A stretch of DNA of 64,000 nt from Minisyncoccota bacterium (GCA_031413715.1 JANOFO010000011.1:18903-82902); one strand, 5' to 3'. Positions 27,978 through 37,432 are shown, numbered from the stretch's first letter. Numbers and translations are program-made. Notes: generated by a model from the letters alone, not told the origin.

Positions 27978-28568
27978 ATGTTAATTCCAACAGTTATCGA
28001 AAAGACAATGAACGGCGAGCGAGCATACGACATATACTCTCGCCTGTTAAATGATCGTATTATATTCCTCGGCGGCCCGATAGATGACCATGTCGCAAAC
28101 CTGGTCATCGCCCAGCTACTTTACCTTGACCACAGTGATTCAAAAAAAGACATCCAGCTATATATAAACTCCCCTGGCGGCTCAGTTACCGCAGGTCTCG
28201 CGATTGCCGATACCATGAATTTTGTAAAAGCTGATGTTTCTACTATATGTGTAGGCATCGCCGCATCAATGGGTGCGCTTCTACTGTCTGCAGGAACAAA
28301 GGGCAAAAGATTCTCTCTACCCAACTCTGAAGTCATGATCCACCAAGTCATGGGCGGTGCCGAAGGCCAAGCATCAGATATCGAGATCAATGCCAAGCAT
28401 ATCCTCCGTACCAAGGAAACGCTTACCAAGATACTCGCCAAAAATACTGGCAAACCGTTTGCGCAAGTAGACAAAGATTCCGATCGTGATTACTACATGA
28501 CCGCCGACGAGGCCAAGAAGTACGGCATCATCGACGACATTGTTTCCAAGCCGAAAACTGGAAAATAA
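27978..28568 (+). CDS. clpP: ATP-dependent Clp protease proteolytic subunit
   Basis: [27 protein letters not shown]. Confidence 0.98.
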   Translation: MLIPTVIEKTMNGERAYDIYSRLLNDRIIFLGGPIDDHVANLVIAQLLYLDHSDSKKDIQLYINSPGGSVTAGLAIADTMNFVKADVSTICVGIAASMGALLLSAGTKGKRFSLPNSEVMIHQVMGGAEGQASDIEINAKHILRTKETLTKILAKNTGKPFAQVDKDSDRDYYMTADEAKKYGIIDDIVSKPKTGK

Positions 28569-28588
28569 GAACTACAAAAAAATAATCG

Positions 28589-29629
28589 TTAAATACCGTT
28601 ATAATTCCTGCAAGAAAAAAGATACTGCTCGATGAATATATTTTTTATACTGAAAATTGAATTAGTCTCGTAAAATGTGAGCATCGCTTCTTTGTAAAGG
28701 GCTTCATTTACATTCCTATAGGAAAGTGGAGCCAAATTATGAGCGAGCAATACTGCATTTGTCACAAGACGAGCAGTTCTTTTGTTGCCATCTTCGAATG
28801 GTTGTATATAGCTGAGCCCTATCAGCATGAGTAGGGCTTTTTCGTATCTATTCGGCATTGCGTTCGTGGTTTTACAAAGTTTTTCAACCGCTTCTGTGAT
28901 CTGATGCACGTTATCAAGGGGGCGATAGTTAGAGCCGGTAATCCCCACCAAGCTCTTTCGCAACCCGTATGAAACATTCAAATCTTTAACCAAAATTTTG
29001 TGTACCTCTTCTATAAAAGCACTATTGATCTTTTCTGCTTTTTGTATATTGTCCAACACAAAATTAAAAGCATCTTTATGGTTGAGTATCATTGTAGCCT
29101 CTTCCATTGTATTGGTTTTCGATGCTATGCCGTCTTTCAATAATTTTTCAGTATTGAGCAACGTATACGTATTGCCTTCGATTTGTGAAGATTTCCAAGA
29201 AAGTTCAATAATAAAGCGCTCCAATTCTTTTTTGTGTATTATATCTGTTGCCGATTGCTTATTTTTTACATACTGTTTTGTCGATTCTTCTAAAGTTTCA
29301 GTTTCTTCATTTGTAAGTAGTGCAAATTTCGCCCCGTTGAACAGATCAAAATTGTAGCCCACTTCTCCTGACCTTTTATCTTGCTCAATACTGCAGTAGT
29401 CCTTCGCATCAAGAGGATTATGAATCTTGCCCAAAAGTGTGATCTCGTAGCCTAGGGAGCGGCCCTTGCCCACAGCAGATATAAACCCTGATTTTACCAG
29501 ATTTTGCAGATCTCTTTTTACCGTAATCAAAGATACTTCTTCCTTTAATTCTTTTCTAAGCAAGGAAGAAGGCATGCTTCTATTTTTACGGATAACTCCC
29601 AATAGCTGTTTTTGCCTGTTATTCATCAT
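28589..29629 (-). CDS. Fic family protein with N-terminal HTH
   Basis: SLITVKRDL (HTH), SSQIEGN, YIQPFEDGNKRTAR. Confidence 0.92.
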   Translation of the reverse strand: MMNNRQKQLLGVIRKNRSMPSSLLRKELKEEVSLITVKRDLQNLVKSGFISAVGKGRSLGYEITLLGKIHNPLDAKDYCSIEQDKRSGEVGYNFDLFNGAKFALLTNEETETLEESTKQYVKNKQSATDIIHKKELERFIIELSWKSSQIEGNTYTLLNTEKLLKDGIASKTNTMEEATMILNHKDAFNFVLDNIQKAEKINSAFIEEVHKILVKDLNVSYGLRKSLVGITGSNYRPLDNVHQITEAVEKLCKTTNAMPNRYEKALLMLIGLSYIQPFEDGNKRTARLVTNAVLLAHNLAPLSYRNVNEALYKEAMLTFYETNSIFSIKNIFIEQYLFSCRNYNGI

Positions 29630-29652
29630 ATTTTATTCGTATCATTTCTATA

Positions 29653-29683
29653 CCCTAATCGTATCATTTTGATACGATTAGGG
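29653..29683. promoter_or_regulatory. Palindromic operator upstream of the Fic gene
   Basis: CCCTAATCGTATCA-TTT-TGATACGATTAGGG plus an extra half-site TCGTATCA at 29637. Confidence 0.6.
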
Positions 29684-29926
29684 CAACAGTTTGGTAAAGT
29701 AGATATTTTCCTCACATTTACACCAAAGAGAATACTATGGAAGTATCGGGCGACGCCAAGGAGAGAGATTTTGTAAGAATAACTAGATGTAAATACTTAC
29801 AAGCACTGCCCATTCCTCCACCGCAAAAACTCTCTTTGATGCAAGTGTGAAAAGCAAATTTGTCATACAATAAATAAGGAGGTGCGAGAGTTTCTGGCAT
29901 AACGTAAAAATGATATAGTAGTAATT

Positions 29927-30682
29927 ATGGATGCACTGTTTTTAATCGCCATTTTAATAATTTTCTCCTTATTATTTTTTTTGGGGAACCGAAGAAAAAA
30001 TCTTACCGAAGAATCTTTTATTTCGATTGTTAACCATACCTTCCGAACCCCGCTAACAAGGATCAAGTGGATGAGTGAAACGTTGGCTCAAGATATACCC
30101 CGCAGGGAACAGTTAGAGATTGCCCGCGATGTATCGAACTCTGTAAATAGACTTCTGGAAATTATTGACACTCTCTCTGGGATCAGAGACATAAATAGTA
30201 GTGCTTCATATCAACTGCGTGCAGTTTCTTTGCGCGAGATATTAGAACAAGCTGTCGCTAAATTCGGAATTCCACTGACTGAGAAGAAACTCACCATACA
30301 GATGCCCTCACTTCAAGACATGCCGCTTTTGTCAGTTGATACAAAAAAAATTACTTTCGTCATCGAGTCAATACTTGAAAATGCTATTTTGTATTCAAAT
30401 AAAGGCGGTAGTATAAAAATAGAATCCGAACTAAAGGATGGGTATATCAAACTTGCAATTACTGATAACGGAATCGGACTCACGGGTAAAGATAAGAGAA
30501 ATATATTTGATCGCTTTTATCGAGGTGAACGTGCAAAGAAAATGAATATACACGGTATGGGTCTTGGCCTCTACATTTCCCGCGTGATTATAAAGCGTCA
30601 TGGAGGCAAAATACATGCAAAATCAAAAGGCAAGGACAAAGGCACAGTATTTTATATCAAACTCCCAAGTAAAAAGGGTTGA
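29927..30682 (+). CDS. Orphan histidine kinase (1 TM, HisKA + HATPase_c)
   Basis: NHTFRTPLT, LENAILYS, DNGIG, FDRFYR, GMGLGL. Confidence 0.92.
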   Translation: MDALFLIAILIIFSLLFFLGNRRKNLTEESFISIVNHTFRTPLTRIKWMSETLAQDIPRREQLEIARDVSNSVNRLLEIIDTLSGIRDINSSASYQLRAVSLREILEQAVAKFGIPLTEKKLTIQMPSLQDMPLLSVDTKKITFVIESILENAILYSNKGGSIKIESELKDGYIKLAITDNGIGLTGKDKRNIFDRFYRGERAKKMNIHGMGLGLYISRVIIKRHGGKIHAKSKGKDKGTVFYIKLPSKKG

Positions 30683-30896
30683 TCTCGACAAAAGTCCGAC
30701 TTTGCGGTATTATGAGAGTATCGAATTTTAACAGTTTAGTTGGTGTCCACTTTTAAGATACGGTTTATCTTTTACTGCGATTGATTATTTTATTCTATGA
30801 ACAAACATTTCTCTTTAATTCTGTGTGGATCTAAGAATATCAAAGATATAACTCGCCCATAAGCGTGCGTATTTTCCGAGTGACACTGTCACTTTT

Positions 30897-32423
30897 ATGA
30901 GTTTAACTGGAATTATAATTAGTGTTCTTGCACTTTTGGTAGGAGTCGGTGTCGGGTACTATTTGCGCCTGATTATTTCGCTTGGTCGCAAGGGTTCTAT
31001 GGAACTTGAGATCAAGCAGGTCATGCTCGGCGCAAAAGAAGAAGCACAGAAGGTCGTAGACGAAGCTAAAAAGAAAGCCGAGGAGAAGCTTGAGGAATCA
31101 CAAGCAACTGCCATCAAAAAAGAAGGTGAGTGGAAAGAGACAGAGCACCGTTTAATAAAAAAAGAAGAACTCCTTGATGCTAGGCAAGTAGAAATAGATC
31201 GCGAAGTTGAGAATATAAAAATCAAGGTTGAAGAAGTAAAGAAAGTCAAAGACCGTGTCGACAATATGCAATCTGAAAAGGAAGCTGAGCTACAAAAGAT
31301 CGCTCACCTATCTACAGAAGATGCTCGTGAGACACTATTTAAGAATATTGAGAATAAATACGAAGAAGATCTACTTGTGCGTATGCAGAAAATGGAGACG
31401 ACAAATACTGAGAAGCTTGATCGTCGTGCCAAAGACATACTTGCTGCATCTATAAACCGTCTTGCCTCTTCTACTGCAAGCGAGATGATGACTACATCGG
31501 TCAATATTCCGAATGATGAGATCAAAGGTAAAATCATTGGTAAAGAAGGCCGTAATATCCGTGCATTTGAACGTGCCTCAGGTGTCGAACTCATTATAGA
31601 CGAGACTCCGGGAGCAATTGTTATATCATCATTTGATCCAGTACGAAGACAGGTAGCCCGCCTTGCGCTTGAGAATCTTATTCTCGACGGCAGAATTCAG
31701 CCTGCAAAGATTGAAGAAGTTGTAGTGAAAGCTCAAGAGGATATAAATAAAATTATCAAAGACAAAGGCGACCAAGCAGTATACGAATGTGGCATATTCA
31801 ACCTCGACCCTCGCATCGTAGCTATAGTCGGACGCTTGTACTTCCGTACATCTTATGGGCAGAATGTTCTCCAGCACTCTATAGAGATGGCACATATCGC
31901 TGGAATGCTTGCTGAAGAGCTCGGTGGAGATTTGCAAATTGCTAAAGCCGGCGCACTCGTCCACGATATCGGTAAAGCGCTCGACCATGAAGTCCAAGGC
32001 ACGCACATAGACATTGGTATCCGCATCCTTCAGAAATTTGGCGCTGATCCACGTATCATTGTAGCCATGAAAAGCCATCACGACGATTGTCCTCATGAAT
32101 CTATCGAGGCAGTCATCGTGCAAACAGCCGATATGATCTCGGGTGGACGTCCTGGTGCTCGCCGTGACAGTGTTGAGAACTACATCAAACGCTTGCAAGA
32201 CCTCGAAGCTATAACCAAGACATTCGAAGGCGTCGAGAAGTCTTATGCTCTCGCTGCTGGACGTGAAATCCGCATCTTTGTCACTCCAGAGAAAGTAAAC
32301 GACATCGAAGCCAAGAATATGGCCCGCGACATTGCCAAAAAGATCGAACAAGAACTCAAATATCCGGGTGAAATCAAAGTCACCATGATTCGCGAGAATA
32401 GGATTATAGAATACGCAAGATAA
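30897..32423 (+). CDS. rny: Ribonuclease Y
   Basis: N-terminal TM, coiled coil, KH (IIGKEGRNIR), HD (LVHDIGKA). Confidence 0.98.
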   Translation: MSLTGIIISVLALLVGVGVGYYLRLIISLGRKGSMELEIKQVMLGAKEEAQKVVDEAKKKAEEKLEESQATAIKKEGEWKETEHRLIKKEELLDARQVEIDREVENIKIKVEEVKKVKDRVDNMQSEKEAELQKIAHLSTEDARETLFKNIENKYEEDLLVRMQKMETTNTEKLDRRAKDILAASINRLASSTASEMMTTSVNIPNDEIKGKIIGKEGRNIRAFERASGVELIIDETPGAIVISSFDPVRRQVARLALENLILDGRIQPAKIEEVVVKAQEDINKIIKDKGDQAVYECGIFNLDPRIVAIVGRLYFRTSYGQNVLQHSIEMAHIAGMLAEELGGDLQIAKAGALVHDIGKALDHEVQGTHIDIGIRILQKFGADPRIIVAMKSHHDDCPHESIEAVIVQTADMISGGRPGARRDSVENYIKRLQDLEAITKTFEGVEKSYALAAGREIRIFVTPEKVNDIEAKNMARDIAKKIEQELKYPGEIKVTMIRENRIIEYAR

Positions 32424-32454
32424 GAATTATTAAATAATAGTAATCTAAAGATAT

Positions 32455-32808
32455 ATGACAAATTTCACAGGTAAACCAAATTTTGATAGATTTATTCAAA
32501 ATAATCCAAAATCAGAGCAGGTAATAAATAAGTATAAGGAGGAATACTTAAAAGAATGGGGAGATCAGAACAATACCTCAGCAGATAACAATTTCATGAG
32601 AGCTGAAGCGTGGAAAGTTGCAGTTGGTTCTCCAGAAATGTTAGAAGCATTTCATCAAGCACGAGAAGAATACATAAAAGATCTTGAAAATAAACTAAAA
32701 AAGTTGAGCTCAGCAAAAGCAGGTGGCGAAAAAAGTGATTTATATGTCGAAGAAGGTGCTCTTCTTTCTAGAAAAGAAGATGTGTTCAGTGGAGAGCAAG
32801 CAGCTTAG
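32455..32808 (+). CDS. Hypothetical protein
   Basis: 117-aa ORF followed by a bidirectional terminator. Confidence 0.6.
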   Translation: MTNFTGKPNFDRFIQNNPKSEQVINKYKEEYLKEWGDQNNTSADNNFMRAEAWKVAVGSPEMLEAFHQAREEYIKDLENKLKKLSSAKAGGEKSDLYVEEGALLSRKEDVFSGEQAA

Positions 32809-32820
32809 ATTAGATAACAA

Positions 32821-32851
32821 ACTAAAAATCCCCTTATAGGGGATTTTTAGT
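32821..32851. terminator. Bidirectional terminator
   Basis: ACTAAAAATCCCC-TTATA-GGGGATTTTTAGT between convergent genes. Confidence 0.7.
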
Positions 32852-33243
32852 TACACCTCTTCTCTTTTAAGTACCAAAAGATTTAAATGGAAATGCCCAG
32901 GTACAGTCTGTCCTTTTGGAAGATTTTCCCAGATTACATCATAATGCTCAGATAAATAATCTTTCTTTATTGCATTGAATTCATCCAACTCTTCTGGTGT
33001 CAGCAGGTCCCAGTTGAAGGCGACTTCCCTCTTGGTAGATATTATATGGCTAGTAGTAGCGATAGCATCATAGGGGTATTTGTTCTCGATTATCACCCAA
33101 TGTTCGAATTCTTTTACTAAACATGATTTCCAGTCCAAGAACGGGTTAGTTCGAGTCCCTTTCTCTTCAAGCTCTCTCATATCAGACATGTATTTCGTCA
33201 TCATTTCATCTGATCGCAAAAATGTTCGGGTTATATTTAACAT
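32851..33243 (-). CDS. HIT-like protein
   Basis: WVIIENKYPY..GQTVPGHFHLNLL (third His of the HIT motif replaced by Asn). Confidence 0.65.
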   Translation of the reverse strand: MLNITRTFLRSDEMMTKYMSDMRELEEKGTRTNPFLDWKSCLVKEFEHWVIIENKYPYDAIATTSHIISTKREVAFNWDLLTPEELDEFNAIKKDYLSEHYDVIWENLPKGQTVPGHFHLNLLVLKREEV

Positions 33244-33390
33244 ACTACAATTTATTATATCATGATATCTATTACTTAGAATAAATCCACCCCATAGGCA
33301 AGACCTATGGGGTGGAGGAATGTTCGTGTATTTCGCATATGGAGGATTATATCATATAAAAAGACAGCACTTGGTGCTGTCTTTTTGTTT

Positions 33391-33684
33391 TTACTCAAGC
33401 TTTAATTCATAGCAAACTTTTTTACCTTTCATAGAAACACAGTGTATCCAATAAACATTAGTTACATAATTAACTTGGAAACCATTTTGCTTTAAAAACT
33501 CAGTGGCTTTGTCACGGAAACAACAGACTAATGATTCCTCTTCTTTAATTTCCATAAAAGATGAAGAGTTATTAATCTTGGTAAATACTCTTACTGCAAG
33601 TAAATTTTCTTCATTAGTTAGTGGAATATTATACGTATCAGTATTTTTATTACAACTAACCAATTTTAAACTGATCTTTTTCAT
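33391..33684 (-). CDS. Hypothetical protein
   Basis: ORF starting MKKISLKL, ends at a terminator hairpin. Confidence 0.5.
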   Translation of the reverse strand: MKKISLKLVSCNKNTDTYNIPLTNEENLLAVRVFTKINNSSSFMEIKEEESLVCCFRDKATEFLKQNGFQVNYVTNVYWIHCVSMKGKKVCYELKLE

Positions 33685-33723
33685 TTTAGTTGGTTTTAGA
33701 TTTTTGAAGAGCAATAAAATTAT

Positions 33724-33996
33724 TTAATCAAAGAAATAGGTTAGACTGCCGAGATAACACCACTCAAACCAACCATCAATTTTCTTTAAAATCAGCTTCT
33801 TGTATTTAGGTATTGAAATTATTACCCCAAAGTATAGTAGCCATAAAATTAATATTGGATTCAAATAGCAAGCGATCAAGACAAGCAAAAGGATTAACCC
33901 ACCAGCAAATAATCCTATGAACAACAACGACATTGTTGTAATACAAGATAGTATTCGCAGTGTGCTAATACCAATTTCAAATAATTTATTTTTCAT
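33724..33996 (-). CDS. Small hypothetical membrane protein
   Basis: 90 aa, two hydrophobic segments. Confidence 0.55.
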   Translation of the reverse strand: MKNKLFEIGISTLRILSCITTMSLLFIGLFAGGLILLLVLIACYLNPILILWLLYFGVIISIPKYKKLILKKIDGWFEWCYLGSLTYFFD

Positions 33997-34132
33997 ATGC
34001 GTTAAGTTTTAATTTACACAAATTATCACATGAATTTCATATTCTGTCATATATGTCGACACTATCTATAATATTGCTATTATATTCATGTAGTGTATGA
34101 TGATAATGTTGTCTAATTAATCTGACAGAATT

Positions 34133-34882
34133 ATGAAAAATGAACAATTAGTGAGTATTTTAAATGATACAGGTCTCACAGAAAATGAGGCGCAGGTGTA
34201 TTTGACTTCCCTCTCTTTAGGCCCAACTACTATATTAAGAATTGCAAAATCGTCAGGGATTCGTCGAACCACTGTTTACTCGGTGGTAGAAACACTCAAG
34301 AACAAGGGTTTGATGCATATCAAGCCTGTAGGACTCAAGCAACTCTATGTAGCCGAGCATCCGGATCGACTTGAGAGCATAATTGAGAGTAAGAAGCGTT
34401 CTTTGCAGAAATTATTGCCTGAATTTACTGCACTTTATAATCTAAAAGGTGGAGAAAGCACTGTTAAGTACTATGAAGGACTAAATGCCGTAAAAAATAT
34501 TTACGAAACGATCCTTGATCCATTAAAACCTAATGATGACTATCTTGTAATCTCAGATCTTGAAAAATTTTTTGTAAAGATAGATAAGAAATATTTCGAA
34601 GAATTCCTAGAAAAGCGTATAAAATCAAGGGTAAAAGCGAGATTGATAGCCACAGATTCAGAAAAGTCTCGATATATGAAGCAGTATGCCAAAAATATGA
34701 ATCATGAAGTGAGAATTCTCCCTGAGGGTTCGAAACTTTCAGTAGATACCATGATAACTCCTCAGAAGGTCACAATTTTCAACATGGACGAGCCTGTTTC
34801 AGCCATAAGCTTGGAAAATAAGGCTATGATAGAGATGCATAAAGAGCTTTTCGAGATTATTTGGCGGTCATTACCCGAATAA
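34133..34882 (+). CDS. TrmB family transcriptional regulator
   Basis: GLTENEAQVY..IAKSSGIRRTTVY..L..KGL; VKYYEG; PLD-like effector domain. Confidence 0.9.
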   Translation: MKNEQLVSILNDTGLTENEAQVYLTSLSLGPTTILRIAKSSGIRRTTVYSVVETLKNKGLMHIKPVGLKQLYVAEHPDRLESIIESKKRSLQKLLPEFTALYNLKGGESTVKYYEGLNAVKNIYETILDPLKPNDDYLVISDLEKFFVKIDKKYFEEFLEKRIKSRVKARLIATDSEKSRYMKQYAKNMNHEVRILPEGSKLSVDTMITPQKVTIFNMDEPVSAISLENKAMIEMHKELFEIIWRSLPE

Positions 34883-35039
34883 ATTGCCTTTATATATCAA
34901 CACCTTTTGAGCTTGCGTCAAAATCCCCTTGGTATATAATAAGATTATCCTGTTTAAAGGACCACGTGTGCACAGGGTCGAATATTATTCAGATAGTATT
35001 CTCACATTTTTCACAAAGATTGGTGTGGGCAAAGAAATA

Positions 35040-35312
35040 ATGAATAAACAAGCATTAGTTGAATGGGTTCATGGCAAAATCGGCGGTACAAAAGTACAGG
35101 CTGAAGAAGTTGTGAACGGTATGTTTGATGCTATTGTCGCTACTTTGAAAAAAGGCGACGAAGTATCAATTGCAGGAATCGGAATCTTTTCAGTCAAGCA
35201 ACGCGCAGCTCGTATGGCTCGCAATCCAAAGACTGGAGCAGCAGTAAAAGTGGCTGCAACAAAGGTTCCAAAGTTCAGAGCTGCAAAGGCTTTGAAAGAT
35301 GCTGTAAAATAA
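35040..35312 (+). CDS. hup: DNA-binding protein HU
   Basis: MNKQAL..GIGIFSVKQRAARMARNPKTG..PKFRAAKALKDAVK. Confidence 0.95.
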   Translation: MNKQALVEWVHGKIGGTKVQAEEVVNGMFDAIVATLKKGDEVSIAGIGIFSVKQRAARMARNPKTGAAVKVAATKVPKFRAAKALKDAVK

Positions 35313-35398
35313 TTTTTTTATACATATTAAAATACCACTCTATTCTATCCATGAGTGGTTTTTTAATGCCTGGTCATTTACATAGTGGTATAATATAA

Positions 35399-35575
35399 AT
35401 GACATTCGATATTTGGCTATATAAAAAACTGCTTATGATAAATATACTTTTGTATCATTTAGATCAAGCTGTTAGGTTTGCTAGGGGGTTTGGAATTTGG
35501 ATTTTATTTCTTGCAGTATTTTTTACTTTTCAAAATATTATAGGAAAACGCAAACTTAAAAAGAAACAACAATAG
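35399..35575 (+). CDS. Small membrane protein (58 aa), probably leaderless
   Basis: MTFDIWLYKK..GFGIWILFLAVFFTF..KRKLKKKQQ just after TGGTATAAT. Confidence 0.45.
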   Translation: MTFDIWLYKKLLMINILLYHLDQAVRFARGFGIWILFLAVFFTFQNIIGKRKLKKKQQ

Positions 35576-35660
35576 TAAGTTATTTCTTGCAAGCATTCGT
35601 CAGTTGGATCGTGGGTTGCTCTCGGGCAGCCCACTTTTTATATTCTAAAAGAAAAAGCTG

Positions 35661-36467
35661 CTATTTTTTAATTTCCTTAAGGAAACTCTCACCATCTTTT
35701 TCTTGTCCGACAAGCCTTTTAGACGATTTCCACACAAGCTCAAATTGCGAAGACAACATTTCCACGAATTCATTACTTTCAACTATAAATCCAAATGACT
35801 CCTTTTTTGAGGAAATAAATGCTACTTTATTTCCATATATCCAATAACCCATCGAAAAGGCAATTTCTGGGGGTGCAATGCGGATTTCTCTAAAAAATTT
35901 ATCTCCTCCTCCCATAAAAGTAAGCTTTTTTATATCTACTACCTGTGTTTCTGGCCATATTGCCCGTACGTATATTCTTTGCCTAACACGTTCTATATTG
36001 AGGTTTTTAAAATACTCTTCAGAGATGTTTTCAATGATAGACTTAATCGGCCAGTATGACATTGTTTGAATATCTCTATACAGAAGTACATCTTTTAAGA
36101 TATTTCTGAGCCCTTCCTTACCTTCAAAGAGTTGAAATTTTGGGCTTGTTGTCACTCCCCCTAATTTAATATGATCAAAGGTTTTTATAATATCATCCTT
36201 CCCTTTCTCTAATTCATTTATACGTTCTTCCAAGATTGAAACTAGCATATCTTTTGAATTTGCAATAAAAGTTTTCACTCCATTTTTTTGAGATTCGGTT
36301 ACAATACCAAGTTTTTGCAACTTACGCACAAACCCATATAAAGAAGGACGAGAAAGTCCGGTTTTCTTTGCTAAATTGCCAGCAGTTTGTTCACCGTTTT
36401 CCAAAAGAAAAAGAAATACTTTTATCTCTTGATTCTTGAGTCCAAGCTTGGATAGAATCTTTTCCAT
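35661..36467 (-). CDS. TrmB family transcriptional regulator
   Basis: LGLKNQEIKVF..LAKKTGLSRPSLY..FQLFEGKEG..IYGNKVAFIS. Confidence 0.9.
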   Translation of the reverse strand: MEKILSKLGLKNQEIKVFLFLLENGEQTAGNLAKKTGLSRPSLYGFVRKLQKLGIVTESQKNGVKTFIANSKDMLVSILEERINELEKGKDDIIKTFDHIKLGGVTTSPKFQLFEGKEGLRNILKDVLLYRDIQTMSYWPIKSIIENISEEYFKNLNIERVRQRIYVRAIWPETQVVDIKKLTFMGGGDKFFREIRIAPPEIAFSMGYWIYGNKVAFISSKKESFGFIVESNEFVEMLSSQFELVWKSSKRLVGQEKDGESFLKEIKK

Positions 36468-36590
36468 ATTTGAATTTTAACAAAATGTGGTATGTTGTCA
36501 AATTTGTACAACAGTATTTACATGTATTGACAACTTGTATATACTATGTCTGAAATAAATTCATTCCAATCAAATAAAAAATAAATAATT

Positions 36591-37073
36591 ATGAAAAAAT
36601 TATTTTTCTTGCTGACTTCTCTACTCATAGTAGGATTTAGTTTTTCTCAAAACTCTAAAAAAGGATTGCAGAAAATAACCTTCGGCGTCGTGTTTCCAGT
36701 CGCCGCTAACACATCGTTCGAAGGAACAGAAAAGCCATTTACGGTAGGATTTAATTTACTTCCAAACATATGCTTTGTAACGTCCAGTACATATCACAAC
36801 TTTTTATATAGTATGGGAGACAATGCATTAAGAATGATAAACGGAGGTAAAATAAAGGAAGATCTGGGGTTATATATTGCTCTTGCTAAAAATTTAAGCT
36901 CATCTGGCGGATATGCAGGTGTTGGTATTGAAAAATTCATCCCTGCTGCTCCAGGTGTAACATTCTTTCTTTTTGTAGAGGGAGGAAGAAATATTGTTCC
37001 CACAAATTCCAAAAACGTTCTAAAAATTGGATTTCATTTAAATATCCAATCTATTCTTTGGAAAAAGAAATGA
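36591..37073 (+). CDS. Secreted beta-rich protein
   Basis: MKKLFFLL..GFSFSQ signal peptide; amphipathic beta-strand pattern. Confidence 0.65.
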   Translation: MKKLFFLLTSLLIVGFSFSQNSKKGLQKITFGVVFPVAANTSFEGTEKPFTVGFNLLPNICFVTSSTYHNFLYSMGDNALRMINGGKIKEDLGLYIALAKNLSSSGGYAGVGIEKFIPAAPGVTFFLFVEGGRNIVPTNSKNVLKIGFHLNIQSILWKKK

Positions 37074-37137
37074 TGTAATCAGAAATTCCTTACCGCAGGA
37101 TGCCATTGGCATCCTGTTTTTTTATTTACAAAATCTG

Positions 37138-37208
37138 TGCGGGATAAGAGAATCGAACTCTTGCCAGCAGTTTGGAAAACTGCAGTTCTACCACTAAACT
37201 AATCCCGC
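37138..37208 (-). tRNA. tRNA-Gly(TCC)
   Basis: GCGGGAT acceptor stem, anticodon loop TT-TCC-AA, GTTCGATT T-loop; no encoded CCA. Confidence 0.95.
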
Positions 37209-37359
37209 AAATTGAGTGCTGGGAATTTCGACTCTTACAGAGTCAGTGTGCCTTTTCAATTTGCTAACGCAAATAATGAAAAGGTTTTCGAATCCCGGAC
37301 ATACGCAAAGTAGTTTGCGTATCACCCCTACAATACCACGCCAAAGCGCGGTCTTGTTG

Positions 37360-37432
37360 TCGGGGTGCCGGGATTCGAACCCGGAGTCGCCTGTTCCCAA
37401 AACAGGAATGTTAGCCGTTACACCACACCCCG
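37360..37432 (-). tRNA. tRNA-Pro(TGG)
   Basis: CGGGGTG acceptor stem, CCTGT-TTTGGGA-ACAGG anticodon arm, GTTCGAATC. Confidence 0.95.

Noticed and set aside
30720-30896. Named riboswitch or 6S RNA in the long rny leader
   Set aside because: Only short dyads (e.g. AGTGACA-C-TGTCACT) are visible, and I could not match a known family
24362-32351. Long antisense ORFs (24362-25039, 31629-32351) and similar ORFs opposite r-protein genes and tuf
   Set aside because: They are shadows of well-supported genes on the other strand and show no protein-like motifs
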